A DNA stretch of 64,000 nt. It comes from an uncultured Candidatus Saccharibacteria bacterium. GTDB taxonomy: Bacteria; Patescibacteriota; Minisyncoccia; Phycocordibacterales; SBAW01. Positions within the stretch are counted from its first letter, which is position 1, and each line of letters begins with the position of its first letter. The position numbers and the translations under genes were made by a program. The notes below the pieces were generated by a model. It was not told the origin of the DNA. It worked only from the letters and a program-made list of their open reading frames with translations, and made no database searches. Below, piece by piece: positions 16,550 to 25,042 of the stretch. The stretch lies in NCBI GenBank assembly GCA_964566795.1, contig CAZMIU010000001.1:399797-463796 (forward strand), given 5' to 3'.

Positions 16550-18961
16550 CTAATTCTGGGTAAGTAGTGCCCGTACTTTAATGTCGTCTGCAAGCGACGT
16601 GGGTGTGTAGCGTATGTACGTCGTCTCGTTCCCCTTGTCGGTAGTGTTGTATGAGCCCCACGCGCCGCCGTCGTTGGTCGACTTCTCCCACGTGCCGTCT
16701 GCCGATGCCGTCGTCGTGTCATCCAGCAGGAGCCCACCTGTCTCTGCGTTATACAGGCGTATGCGCAGGGTGGGCACTGTGCCTCCAAACGCAGTCGAGA
16801 ACCGCCACGCAAACCTCTTGCTTGAAATGGACGATTGCGCCACAGACGGCTGGTAGTGGCTGTCGGTGGTGTTGTCCTCATACACCACGCACACGTTGTA
16901 TACGCGGTTTGGCAGGCAAAATGTGCCAATCGTGCGGAACTCCAGAGCAAACTGGATAGCCGACGCACCGTCGACGCTGGTCAAGTCCCCTGTCTGATCA
17001 ATAAGCGTCCATGACCCGCTATTGTCGGAGATGCCCGAGGTACGGTAGTACATGCGCACCGGCTCCGTGGGCAAAGTCAGGTTGTCGGTGCCCAGATACT
17101 GCGCGGTATTAAAGTAAGCGCGCACGTATTTTTCCGCATTGGGGGTTGAGAGGGACGGCGTTACAAGCCGCTGCTTTACCGTGCCATCTGCATACGTCCA
17201 GTCAGCACCAAGCGGCACTGCATACAAGTGGTTGGTGGTAGATGCGGTACCCGCGCGTGCAATGTAGGTAAGCCCCTCTTCAGACCACACATTAAACACG
17301 CCGGCGTTTATGGTTGGGTGCGGCACCGATGCCGAGTCGGCAACCGACTGGTCCATCTGCTTGGAGTCTATGAGGAACATGTGGTCAAACGGGTCGGAGT
17401 TGGTGTTGTATTTGGTTACATAGCTGCGCACGCCGGCGGCACCTGTCGATGTCACAATAAGCCGGTCTATCTGGTCAGATATCTCAACACCCGTCAAGGC
17501 GCCCGTTACGGCATAGGTGCCTGTGCCGCCGGTTGGGACCTCCACCATGTTGTCGGACAAAAAGGTGGTCGAGCCCGTCGTGATATTGGAGACTGCCACG
17601 CGGTACACGCGCGTGGTGGTGACGAAGTAGAGCGACTTAACCCCGCTCCCGGGGCCGTGCTGCAGCGTACCCAACCTCCCGTTGTTCGTCTGCGACACGT
17701 TGCCGGTAACCGTCTGCACACCTGTGGCAAGCACAAATGCCGAGGTTGTCTTGCCGGACGATATTGAAGCAAGCGCCGTGCGGAAGTTATATTTGTATAT
17801 TGCCGGCGTTGTCGCGGCTTGGCGCTCAATTATGTAGCAGTACTGCTGGGTCCAGCTGTCTCTGTCATCAAGTGCCAGGCCCGAGGCCACGTCGTTGGTG
17901 ACAGTAGAGGCATCCGCAAGCCAGTACACCCCTTTTACTTTATCTACAGTAGTCGCGGCCGCAATGGTTGTACCGGCCGTGGCAAAGTCACCATAAGCGA
18001 GCCCTGGCGCCATATACAAGCCGCCGTTGGTAGCGGTGGCATTCGTAGTTGCCGTCAGGACGCGCAGGTCCTCTATAACATAGTCGGCGCCTGCGCCAAC
18101 CGATATGTTTGCCGCGGTACCTCCGGTACCCGCCGCAGTCACGTTTACCTGTATGGTAATCGAGGTGTCCGAGCCAACTGCATTTATATAGTACCAAGTA
18201 GATATCTGAGTTGGGTCTGTCGAGCCAAACCCGATGCGCGAGCCAATGTTGATGCGGTCGGAGCTCCAGGTGGTGTTAGAGCCTGTAACTGTTGCGCCCG
18301 ATACCCCAACGGTGCCGGTAGTGTACTTGGCATACACCACGCGCATGCCGGCAATAGTGTGGTTGGTGGCCGTGGGGTATGTGAGCGTTACAAACCCCTT
18401 CCACGTAAAGACCGACGTGCCCCGGCGGAACTCAAACATGGTTATGCGCCTGGTTGTGGCCGCGGTGGCAATGTCCGCCAAAAACACCCAGTCGATGTTG
18501 TAGTTCATGTCGATCACGTACGAGGTGCCGCCGCTCACAGTGCCAGCCGAGCTGTCTATCGTAATAGAGGTGGCGGAGCCAATGGCGGTAATGTTGTACC
18601 AATCGGTCACCGCGGCCGGGTCGGTGGTGCCAAAGCCTATGCGCGCGTTAATAGGCACGCCAGCCGACAACCAGCTGGTGCCGGAGCCCGTAACAGCTGT
18701 GCCGGAGGCGGACACTGTCCCGGTAGTGTAATACCCCGACTTGTCCGCCCAGCGCACCACGTGCGGATACACGCCAGGTACGGCGGTACTTGTCTCGTTG
18801 GGGCGGGCCACCGCAACCTTTACCGGTCCGGCAAACTTGTCGGTGTTGGTCGCCCCCGTGTACTGGCGGATAAGGTCGCCTAAAACAGTCTTGCTTGAGT
18901 CGTACGAGTCATACATAACCGTACCCCCCGTAAAAAGATGTTCTACAACTCGTTTTGCCAT
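16550..18961 (-). CDS. Large Thr/Gly/Ser-rich beta-type hypothetical protein (803 aa) with an internal ~60-aa tandem duplication; no signal peptide; fibre/tail-fibre-like composition
   Basis: The duplicated unit is YYTTGTVSASGTAVTGSGTSWLSAGVPINARIGFGTTDPAAVTDWYNITAIGSATSITI // KYTTGTVGVSGATVTGSNTTWSSDRINIGSRIGFGSTDPTQISTWYYINAVGSDTSITI. The ORFs on the opposite strand are Arg/Gly junk typical of antisense frames in high-GC DNA. Confidence 0.55.
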   Translation of the reverse strand: MAKRVVEHLFTGGTVMYDSYDSSKTVLGDLIRQYTGATNTDKFAGPVKVAVARPNETSTAVPGVYPHVVRWADKSGYYTTGTVSASGTAVTGSGTSWLSAGVPINARIGFGTTDPAAVTDWYNITAIGSATSITIDSSAGTVSGGTSYVIDMNYNIDWVFLADIATAATTRRITMFEFRRGTSVFTWKGFVTLTYPTATNHTIAGMRVVYAKYTTGTVGVSGATVTGSNTTWSSDRINIGSRIGFGSTDPTQISTWYYINAVGSDTSITIQVNVTAAGTGGTAANISVGAGADYVIEDLRVLTATTNATATNGGLYMAPGLAYGDFATAGTTIAAATTVDKVKGVYWLADASTVTNDVASGLALDDRDSWTQQYCYIIERQAATTPAIYKYNFRTALASISSGKTTSAFVLATGVQTVTGNVSQTNNGRLGTLQHGPGSGVKSLYFVTTTRVYRVAVSNITTGSTTFLSDNMVEVPTGGTGTYAVTGALTGVEISDQIDRLIVTSTGAAGVRSYVTKYNTNSDPFDHMFLIDSKQMDQSVADSASVPHPTINAGVFNVWSEEGLTYIARAGTASTTNHLYAVPLGADWTYADGTVKQRLVTPSLSTPNAEKYVRAYFNTAQYLGTDNLTLPTEPVRMYYRTSGISDNSGSWTLIDQTGDLTSVDGASAIQFALEFRTIGTFCLPNRVYNVCVVYEDNTTDSHYQPSVAQSSISSKRFAWRFSTAFGGTVPTLRIRLYNAETGGLLLDDTTTASADGTWEKSTNDGGAWGSYNTTDKGNETTYIRYTPTSLADDIKVRALLTQN

Positions 18962-18993
18962 ACTATGAATTCCCTATGAATACGTACATTTAA

Positions 18994-19575
18994 TCACACT
19001 TCCAGATAATCGATATTCACCTGCACGTTGCCGGTGCCGGAAATGACGCAGTACACGACCTCGTCCACGCCGCCCTCTACATAGTTGGGGTGGTTTTTTG
19101 TGCCGTACAGCCCTCCCAGTCGCGGAGAGACGTACTTTTCATAATCCGTGCCGCCCGACGTAAAACGGAACGAGACGCTAGTCAGGTTAGCGTCCAGCGA
19201 AAACCGTGTATTGTACACGCGCACCTTCTTGCCGCTCGCGGGCGTGTGCACGGTGCCCGAGGCGCTCAGGCTCGTTGTCTTTTTGAGGACGGCTGCACCC
19301 TCTTTTACCGACGGGTTAACGCGGGTGTTGGACGAATCTTTAACACCCACCACGCCCGTGCCGGGCGTGCTACCCATCACGAGTGCCGAAGCGCGCTTGG
19401 GGAGCGCGCTTGCAGCAACAGCGCCGACCGCTATGACCGCAAGGCTCTTGAGGAACAGGCGCTTATGCTGGTCGCCGGGCGCAGCATGAGCCGCGCCGGG
19501 TTTTAGCGCGCGCGGCAAGGGCTCCAGCACCTCGTACTCAGGCTCTGGAGGGCGTCTGTAGGGAAGAATACCCAC
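18994..19575 (-). CDS. Secreted beta-rich hypothetical protein with a Tat-like signal (..QHKRLFLKSLAVIAVGAVAASALPKRASA)
   Basis: GTG start at 19575 with the SD AAAGGGTGGG 8 nt upstream. The KRLFLK + h-region + AxA arrangement resembles the twin-arginine consensus SRRxFLK with KR in place of RR. Confidence 0.5.
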   Translation of the reverse strand: MGILPYRRPPEPEYEVLEPLPRALKPGAAHAAPGDQHKRLFLKSLAVIAVGAVAASALPKRASALVMGSTPGTGVVGVKDSSNTRVNPSVKEGAAVLKKTTSLSASGTVHTPASGKKVRVYNTRFSLDANLTSVSFRFTSGGTDYEKYVSPRLGGLYGTKNHPNYVEGGVDEVVYCVISGTGNVQVNIDYLEV

Positions 19576-19620
19576 CCTTTCAGTATATAAGACGTATGAA
19601 GGCCCAATGAGAGCAGCTTT

Positions 19621-20154
19621 TTACTCTGGGGATTTCCTCTCCTTTCTGCTCCCCGCATAATAAAACCTCAGTGGCAACTCTTTGGATTTGGAGATCCCTA
19701 TGCGCGGCGACACGCGTACCTCGCGCGTGTCACTTCCCTCGGCCACAAACAGCCCGCTCTCTTTATTTGTCATATCTACCCCATCGAGTGCTTTATTGAT
19801 ATGAAATGTTCTGCCTACAAGGCCCGGGCCGCGCACCGGCAGGGCGCCGCGGATAAGCACTGAGCTCGGTGTGCCCGCCGCCTCTGTCACCACATCGAGC
19901 AAAACGTATTGCCGCATGGCGTGCACATAGGCGTGGCCCGCCTCTTTATATAGGCTCTGGTTGCGCAGACTCTTGCCCTTATGACCGTGGGCGGCCTTAT
20001 CTCCCACGGCCAGGTAGGCCTCTGTCTCGACAATTGTCCCGGCCATCTCTTTGCCGCCCACCCTTCTTACAAGCAGCTTGCCCAACAACTCGCGCGCCAC
20101 TGTGGCCGGCTCGCGGTTAAAAAAGCTCCTCGGCAGCGGCTTATACATCCGCAC
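19621..20154 (-). CDS. mpg: DNA-3-methyladenine glycosylase (Mpg/AAG family)
   Basis: 177 aa with the motifs ETEAY, AHGHKG..RN and YVHAMRQY. Confidence 0.8.
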   Translation of the reverse strand: MRMYKPLPRSFFNREPATVARELLGKLLVRRVGGKEMAGTIVETEAYLAVGDKAAHGHKGKSLRNQSLYKEAGHAYVHAMRQYVLLDVVTEAAGTPSSVLIRGALPVRGPGLVGRTFHINKALDGVDMTNKESGLFVAEGSDTREVRVSPRIGISKSKELPLRFYYAGSRKERKSPE

Positions 20155-20216
20155 AGTTTAGCAAAACGGTACTAAGTACCCATATTTTTCAATTTTTGTG
20201 GTGTTATTTTGGGCCC

Positions 20217-20615
20217 TTAGCGCCTGTTGAGAGATGTGATAGTCAGCTGCAAGGCGGTGGCAAAGGAGACCCAGGCCAGGTATGGCAGGTTTATGAGCGC
20301 GACCCAGGGTGCGATGGGCCAGATGGCCACAAGCGCCCACACGAGCGTGGCCCACACAAGCACGATGTCTATTGCGGCGAGTGTAAAGTTGCGCAGGCGA
20401 AACTGGATGGGCGTAAATAGGAGGTTAAAGATAAGGTTCAGCGCAAATGGTAAAGCAACCAAGGTGGGCACCATACCTTGGTACCAGGCAACGCCAACAT
20501 GCCCAAACGAAATGGCGATGAGTATGTAGAGCACAGTCCACACCGGGCCAAAAGCCCAAGCAGGCGGCGCCCATGATGGCTTTTTGTAGTCTTTGTATTG
20601 AGCTGGGGTGTTCAT
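20217..20615 (-). CDS. tspO: TspO/MBR family tryptophan-rich sensory protein
   Basis: PSWAPPAWAFGPVWTVLYILIAIS signature and 5 TM segments. The start is chosen at MNTPAQYKDYKK. Confidence 0.75.
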   Translation of the reverse strand: MNTPAQYKDYKKPSWAPPAWAFGPVWTVLYILIAISFGHVGVAWYQGMVPTLVALPFALNLIFNLLFTPIQFRLRNFTLAAIDIVLVWATLVWALVAIWPIAPWVALINLPYLAWVSFATALQLTITSLNRR

Positions 20616-20795
20616 ACAACAATTATACAAAATTGAGGGATGGGTTCGGTCACAAATATTTTTCTGCTGAAAATTTTCGCGACCCCGGCTTTCGAATCGG
20701 GATTCGGCCAAGAACATTTTTAGCTGTCGTCACAGCAAAAAATTTCTCGGCCCTGGAACTGCGACCTTGCCCACTGGCAAGGTGCCCGCAGTTCC

Positions 20796-20822
20796 GTTCG
20801 AATCCCTCCCTCTTCCTGCAAA
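20796..20822 (+). repeat. Inverted partial copy of the tRNA-Ser 3' end (T-loop plus acceptor strand)
   Basis: GTTCGAATCCCTCCCTCTTCC on the plus strand, 44 nt from the 3' end of the real tRNA. It has no matching 5' half. Confidence 0.6.
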
Positions 20823-20865
20823 AAATATAATCCCGCACAGACATGCTGTGCGGTCATTATTTTTG

Positions 20866-20956
20866 CGGAGAGGGAGGGATTCGAACCCTCGATACGGATA
20901 TTACCCCGTATGGGGGATTAGCAATCCCCTGCTTTCAGCCGCTCAGCCACCTCTCC
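20866..20956 (-). tRNA. tRNA-Ser (anticodon GCU) with a long variable arm; CCA not encoded
   Basis: Minus-strand sequence GGAGAGGTGGCTGAGCGGCTGAAAGCAGGGGATTGCTAATCCCC..(long variable arm)..GAGGGTTCGAATCCCTCCCTCTCCG. The anticodon loop is TTGCTAA, and the T-arm and 7-bp acceptor stem fold. Confidence 0.8.
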
Positions 20957-20981
20957 AATATACTTCGAATTGTCGCCAGGA

Positions 20982-21061
20982 GACGGTGGCTGAGCGGCTG
21001 CCACGTCGCTTTGCTCCGATGGGGTACAAAGCAGTTTGTACCCCATCCACTCAGCCACCTC
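20982..21061. repeat. Two further copies (one inverted, one direct) of the 18-19-nt tRNA-Ser 5' segment flanking a 10-bp-stem hairpin
   Basis: ggagacggtggctgagcgg (20982-21000, inverted) ... ggggtacaaagcagtttgtacccc ... ccactcagccacctctcc (21043-21061, direct). There is no T-loop, so this is not a functional tRNA. Confidence 0.6.
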
Positions 21062-21170
21062 TCCTTTACTCATACAACTTACACCAAAACAGCACCAATA
21101 AAAAGACCGGCTTTACATGGGCTCAATACGCGGTACAGTGACGGCAGAGCAATGCACAAAGGAGCTAGCC

Positions 21171-21596
21171 ATGCGCCGGCACCATCCAAACAACGTTTTG
21201 AAGGTCAATACGCCTGTCATCGAGCTCCTGTGCAAGAACCCCGCACCTGAGGATCTGATAGACGCCGTAACGACATCGATAATCATCAATTCGACCAGGT
21301 CGGACCTTATGCAGGCGGCCACGGCGGCAGGCGACCTGCTAAGCGCGGTGCGCACAAATGTCTGCGCACCCGGGAGGGTCATCTTCCTCGTACACTTCAA
21401 TATCGAGAGCGACTATCCGTCCTGCACGGTAGCACTCGCCAACGGCGATATTACCGCCAAACTGTACTGCCGGGTCAATACCTATACCGATACGGTAGAG
21501 GTGTACCCTGCCCCCGCGGATACAGCAGGGCCGGCACTCATCGTCTCGCTAAAAAATCTGCGGTACGAGCGCGATAGTACCGCTCGGTTTAACTGA
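21171..21596 (+). CDS. Hypothetical protein (141 aa)
   Basis: Start MRRHHPNN with the SD AAAGGAG 7 nt upstream; followed by a terminator hairpin. Confidence 0.5.
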   Translation: MRRHHPNNVLKVNTPVIELLCKNPAPEDLIDAVTTSIIINSTRSDLMQAATAAGDLLSAVRTNVCAPGRVIFLVHFNIESDYPSCTVALANGDITAKLYCRVNTYTDTVEVYPAPADTAGPALIVSLKNLRYERDSTARFN

Positions 21597-21597
21597 A

Positions 21598-21630
21598 CAA
21601 CGCGGCCCATCCGGGCCGCGTTTTCTCTTG
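21598..21630 (+). terminator. Rho-independent terminator
   Basis: cgcggccc-atcc-gggccgcg followed by ttttctctt. Confidence 0.6.
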
Positions 21631-21659
21631 TAAGATCACAAGCTCGCGGTACACGCCCG

Positions 21660-22793
21660 TTATAACAAATCGATATGTAAGGGCGCTTCAACTTCTGTTG
21701 GGTCCTGCTTAAGTATGGGGGTTATGATGTTTTGCTCAATGCGGGTCTGTGCCTTAAGCAATACATAGAGCTTTGTGGCGCGTGCCAGAGCCTCGGTGTA
21801 GTCGCTCCTCGCTTCATCAAAGTGCCCCTCAGCAAGCGTTGTCGAGCCAAGCTCCATCTGGTCTCGTATAGCAACAAGCTCGCCCGACACCTGCGTTATC
21901 ACGGCCGGGCTCAGGTCATCTTTAATGCCATCAAACAGCTCGCGCACGTCTGCAAGTGTCTCTTCTGCGCGGGCCTGAGCGCGTAATGCTGTCTGCTCGT
22001 CGCCGCGTGGCATCTGTGCGACCATGTCGTTTTCCAACGATACAGTGCCGCTGGCCTCGGTGCCTGTTGAGGTGTCGCTTGCAACCATAGACATGCTCAT
22101 AGTCTGATTTACAGTGGGCGCCGTCTTGGCTACTCGCATGGCGATAGGCGCCGTGGCCGCGCGGGCCGAGGTATTGGTGCGTGCCAAGACCTTAGCGGCA
22201 ATAACGCCAGTACCCTCCTGGTTCTCCTTGGCACCGCCCACCGTAAGCGTTGCAAGTATCTCGCCGTGGGCCAGTAAAGACGAGTCCAATTTGGCACGAA
22301 GCTCTGTGGCGACTTCCGGATCCTCGGTCTCTAGCACCTCCACCTGCTTGTCAGCGTCCTGTGCATGGCTCTCAAAGCTTGCCGCGAGCGCCTCGCCCAC
22401 TGCGGGGTTTAGTTTGCCCTGCGCAGCAAGCGTCTCGGCCTCCTCCACGCGCCTCTGGGCGAGCTTGGCCGACACCTCGGCACGGGCTACAGGCGTGGTT
22501 GCGAGCGCCACCTCTAGCGCCTCGTTAACAGACACCTTAACCGGATACAAAAGGTCCCCCGGCAGAGTGCTCTGTGCCGCAGCTGCGGTACCGGAGCTAA
22601 CAAGTACAACAAGTACAAGTGACAACGGAACAAGAGCCCTAGTACTAAAGAAATGAAATGAGTAACTAAAATACGAGCTCGGTTGCGACGCAAGCGGCGA
22701 GGCAACCCCAAATATGCTTGCCTTCATGGCAGCCTTCTCGTCCGCAGTCATGCGGATCTTTAGTGATTCAGTTTTTAAATTATTGAGTTCCAT
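21660..22793 (-). CDS. Anti-sigma-factor-like membrane protein with a DUF5667 domain
   Basis: One TM segment (ALVPLSLVLVVLVSSG) followed by LPGDLLYPVKVSVNEALE, the characteristic DUF5667 start. Its start overlaps the upstream ECF sigma stop by 14 nt. Confidence 0.55.
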   Translation of the reverse strand: MELNNLKTESLKIRMTADEKAAMKASIFGVASPLASQPSSYFSYSFHFFSTRALVPLSLVLVVLVSSGTAAAAQSTLPGDLLYPVKVSVNEALEVALATTPVARAEVSAKLAQRRVEEAETLAAQGKLNPAVGEALAASFESHAQDADKQVEVLETEDPEVATELRAKLDSSLLAHGEILATLTVGGAKENQEGTGVIAAKVLARTNTSARAATAPIAMRVAKTAPTVNQTMSMSMVASDTSTGTEASGTVSLENDMVAQMPRGDEQTALRAQARAEETLADVRELFDGIKDDLSPAVITQVSGELVAIRDQMELGSTTLAEGHFDEARSDYTEALARATKLYVLLKAQTRIEQNIITPILKQDPTEVEAPLHIDLL

Positions 22794-23334
22794 TGTTCTT
22801 TGTACGTGTCGTACTTTGTTGTTCGAGCATAGCTCGGAGTTTTTTCAGCCCGCGGTGTACCCTGACCGACACCACGTTCTCGCTCTCGCCTATTGTCTCG
22901 GCAATCTCGCGGGGCGAGAGGCCGTCAATATAGCGCAGCGTCACCGCCTCGCGGTAGGGCTCGGGCAGGTCCTTAAGTACCACGAGCACCCGCGCAGCCT
23001 CGTGCCTGTCTATGGCAGCCTCCAGGGTGTTGCTCTCGTCCGCAGACAAAAGCATCTCCACATCCATGTCGTGTTTCTCGGCTATAGCCTCAAGCGAGGT
23101 TGCCTTGTGCTTGCGGTACTCATCAATGATGAGGTTGCGCAGGGTGCGGTACAAAAAGGGCCTGATGTCTTTAATATCCTCGCCCTTTTGTGCATAGCTC
23201 CACGCTTTCATGAACGCCTCCTGGGTTAACTCAAGCGCACGCTCGCGGTCGGAAAGCCGTATAGAGGCATGACGAAAGAGCTCGTCGCTGTATGCCTCAA
23301 AGGCCTGCTCAAAGGTGTGTTGCAGTTCATCCAT
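22780..23334 (-). CDS. ECF-type RNA polymerase sigma factor (sigma-70 regions 2 and 4)
   Basis: 184 aa. Region 2 (..FMKAWSY..) and a region-4 helix-turn-helix (LSPREIAETIGESENVVSVRVHRGLKKLR). Confidence 0.8.
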   Translation of the reverse strand: MDELQHTFEQAFEAYSDELFRHASIRLSDRERALELTQEAFMKAWSYAQKGEDIKDIRPFLYRTLRNLIIDEYRKHKATSLEAIAEKHDMDVEMLLSADESNTLEAAIDRHEAARVLVVLKDLPEPYREAVTLRYIDGLSPREIAETIGESENVVSVRVHRGLKKLRAMLEQQSTTRTKNNGTQ

Positions 23335-23362
23335 AGGTATAGACGGCCCACGCCTATCTATA

Positions 23363-24517
23363 TTACTTTATTGCTCTCGCCACCGCCTCTGCCACCCCCT
23401 TATCAAAAGGGCCTGGGATTATCCTCGCCACTGTGGGATTTTTAACAAGCGCCGCCAGGTTGTGTGCTGCCTTTATCTTCATCTGGTCAGTAATTTTGGC
23501 CACTTTGTTGTCGAGAGCCCCGCGGAATATGCCCGGGAATGCGAGACTGTTGTTAACCTGGTTGGGGTAGTCTGAGCGGCCCGTGGCTACCACGCCGGCA
23601 CCCGCTTTGAGCGCTAACTCCGGCATAATCTCGGGCGTTGGGTTAGCCATCGCAAATATGATCGGGCTCGGTGCCATAGTCTTGATCATCTCCGGCGTGA
23701 GCACGCCGGGCTTTGATACGCCCACAAATATGTTGGCGTCTACAAGCGCCTTGGCCAAGTCACCACCCTCGCGGGCTAATATAATCTTGTCTTTGATCAG
23801 TCTTTTCTTGGTGTCGTTTAAGTCACGGCGGCCCTCCCACACCACACCCTCGCTGTCGACCGCAATGATGTTTATCTTTGGTGCAGCTTGCTTGAGCAGG
23901 CGCATGATAGCCACGCCCGCAGCCCCTACCCCGCTTACAACAACAAAGCAGTCTTTGCTGTTTAAAGACTTTTTAACAACCTTGGCCGCGTTAAGCAGGC
24001 CCGCCAACACCACAATGGCGGTGCCGTGCTGGTCGTCGTGCATCACCGGGATAGATAAGCGCCTCTTAAGCTCCTCTTCTATATAAAAACATTTGGGTGC
24101 GGCAATATCCTCGAGGTTAATCCCGCCAAAGCCGGGCGCCACTGCCATAACCGCCTCGATAATCTTCTCCGGGTCCTGGGTGTCGAGTACGAGCGGGAAT
24201 GCGTCTACATTGGCAAAGGTCTTAAAGAGTGCGCACTTGCCCTCCATCACCGGGAGCGCGCCAAGCGCGCCAATGTTGCCCAGCCCCAACACCGCAGAGC
24301 CGTCGCTTATTACCGCTATCATGCGGCCTTTCATGGTGTGCGTGCGCGCAAGTTTATGGTCTTTAGCCACAGCGCTCGAGACTGCCGCAACACCGGGCGT
24401 GTAAACCAAAGAGAGGTCCTCGCGTGTAACAACCCGAGTGGTGGGTGCTATAGCAATTTTGCCCCCGAGCTTTTTGTGCAGTGCAATCGCCTCCTTGGAT
24501 ACGTCTTTTTTAGCCAT
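23363..24517 (-). CDS. NAD(P)-dependent malic enzyme (short form)
   Basis: Motifs LSLVYTPGVA, VISDGSAVLGLGNIG and VVSGVGAAGVA. The start is at MAKKDVSKEAIALHKK; the longer ORF's N-terminus was rejected. Confidence 0.8.
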   Translation of the reverse strand: MAKKDVSKEAIALHKKLGGKIAIAPTTRVVTREDLSLVYTPGVAAVSSAVAKDHKLARTHTMKGRMIAVISDGSAVLGLGNIGALGALPVMEGKCALFKTFANVDAFPLVLDTQDPEKIIEAVMAVAPGFGGINLEDIAAPKCFYIEEELKRRLSIPVMHDDQHGTAIVVLAGLLNAAKVVKKSLNSKDCFVVVSGVGAAGVAIMRLLKQAAPKINIIAVDSEGVVWEGRRDLNDTKKRLIKDKIILAREGGDLAKALVDANIFVGVSKPGVLTPEMIKTMAPSPIIFAMANPTPEIMPELALKAGAGVVATGRSDYPNQVNNSLAFPGIFRGALDNKVAKITDQMKIKAAHNLAALVKNPTVARIIPGPFDKGVAEAVARAIK

Positions 24518-24554
24518 GCCTGCAAGTATATCAAAGGACAAAGAGAAAGGCCGT

Positions 24555-24998
24555 CTAAGCAGACGGCCTCCTAAAAATAACAAAACGGCTGACGGGATAA
24601 TTTTGACACACCCCGAGCAGGATGCCCGCGAGCGGGTGCGCGAGCATGGGAGCCAGTGTTGCATACTCCACTAGAACAATCACAAGCAAGGGAGCCGCGC
24701 CAAGGTTGTTCCAGAGCTTGAGCGCCCCGTGCGAGATTGTCTGGAGCGACGTCGCTTTTTTACTCCTGCCCCGGTCGCCAAACGTCCACCACTTGTGGAG
24801 CGGAAAGTTAAGCATCCACGCTCCAATACCGGCTATAGCTGTGGCTATTGGGTAATGGACACCCGCCCCAAGGAACAACAGGGAGAAAAAGCCGTAGTTA
24901 ACAACACCGGTGATACCGCCCGCGAGGAAATACCGGACCAATTTGCGCTGCAGGAGATCTCTACCCCACTGCAGCACGTACGCACACGGATGCAGCAT
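24555..24998 (-). CDS. GtrA family membrane protein
   Basis: RYFLAGGITGVVNYGFF ... NFPLHKWWTF, the GtrA signature. Confidence 0.7.
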   Translation of the reverse strand: MLHPCAYVLQWGRDLLQRKLVRYFLAGGITGVVNYGFFSLLFLGAGVHYPIATAIAGIGAWMLNFPLHKWWTFGDRGRSKKATSLQTISHGALKLWNNLGAAPLLVIVLVEYATLAPMLAHPLAGILLGVCQNYPVSRFVIFRRPSA

Positions 24999-25042
24999 GG
25001 GACCTACTCCTTATACATCTGTGCTATTGGTATACTCTGGCC

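Noticed and set aside
17819-18883. 354-aa Arg/Gly-rich plus-strand ORF.
   Set aside because: It is antisense to the 803-aa Thr/Gly-rich gene, with typical junk composition.
20982-21061. Possible second tRNA-Ser downstream of the real one.
   Set aside because: It has the tRNA-Ser 5' 19 nt on both ends as an inverted repeat, but no T-loop and no anticodon arm (its hairpin has a 10-bp stem and 4-nt loop). I scored it as a repeat or scar, not a tRNA.
20573-21250. Several plus- and minus-strand ORFs (20573-20830, 20650-20844, 20767-21141, 20843-21250).
   Set aside because: They run across the tRNA-Ser gene, its partial copies and dense hairpins, so they are non-coding.
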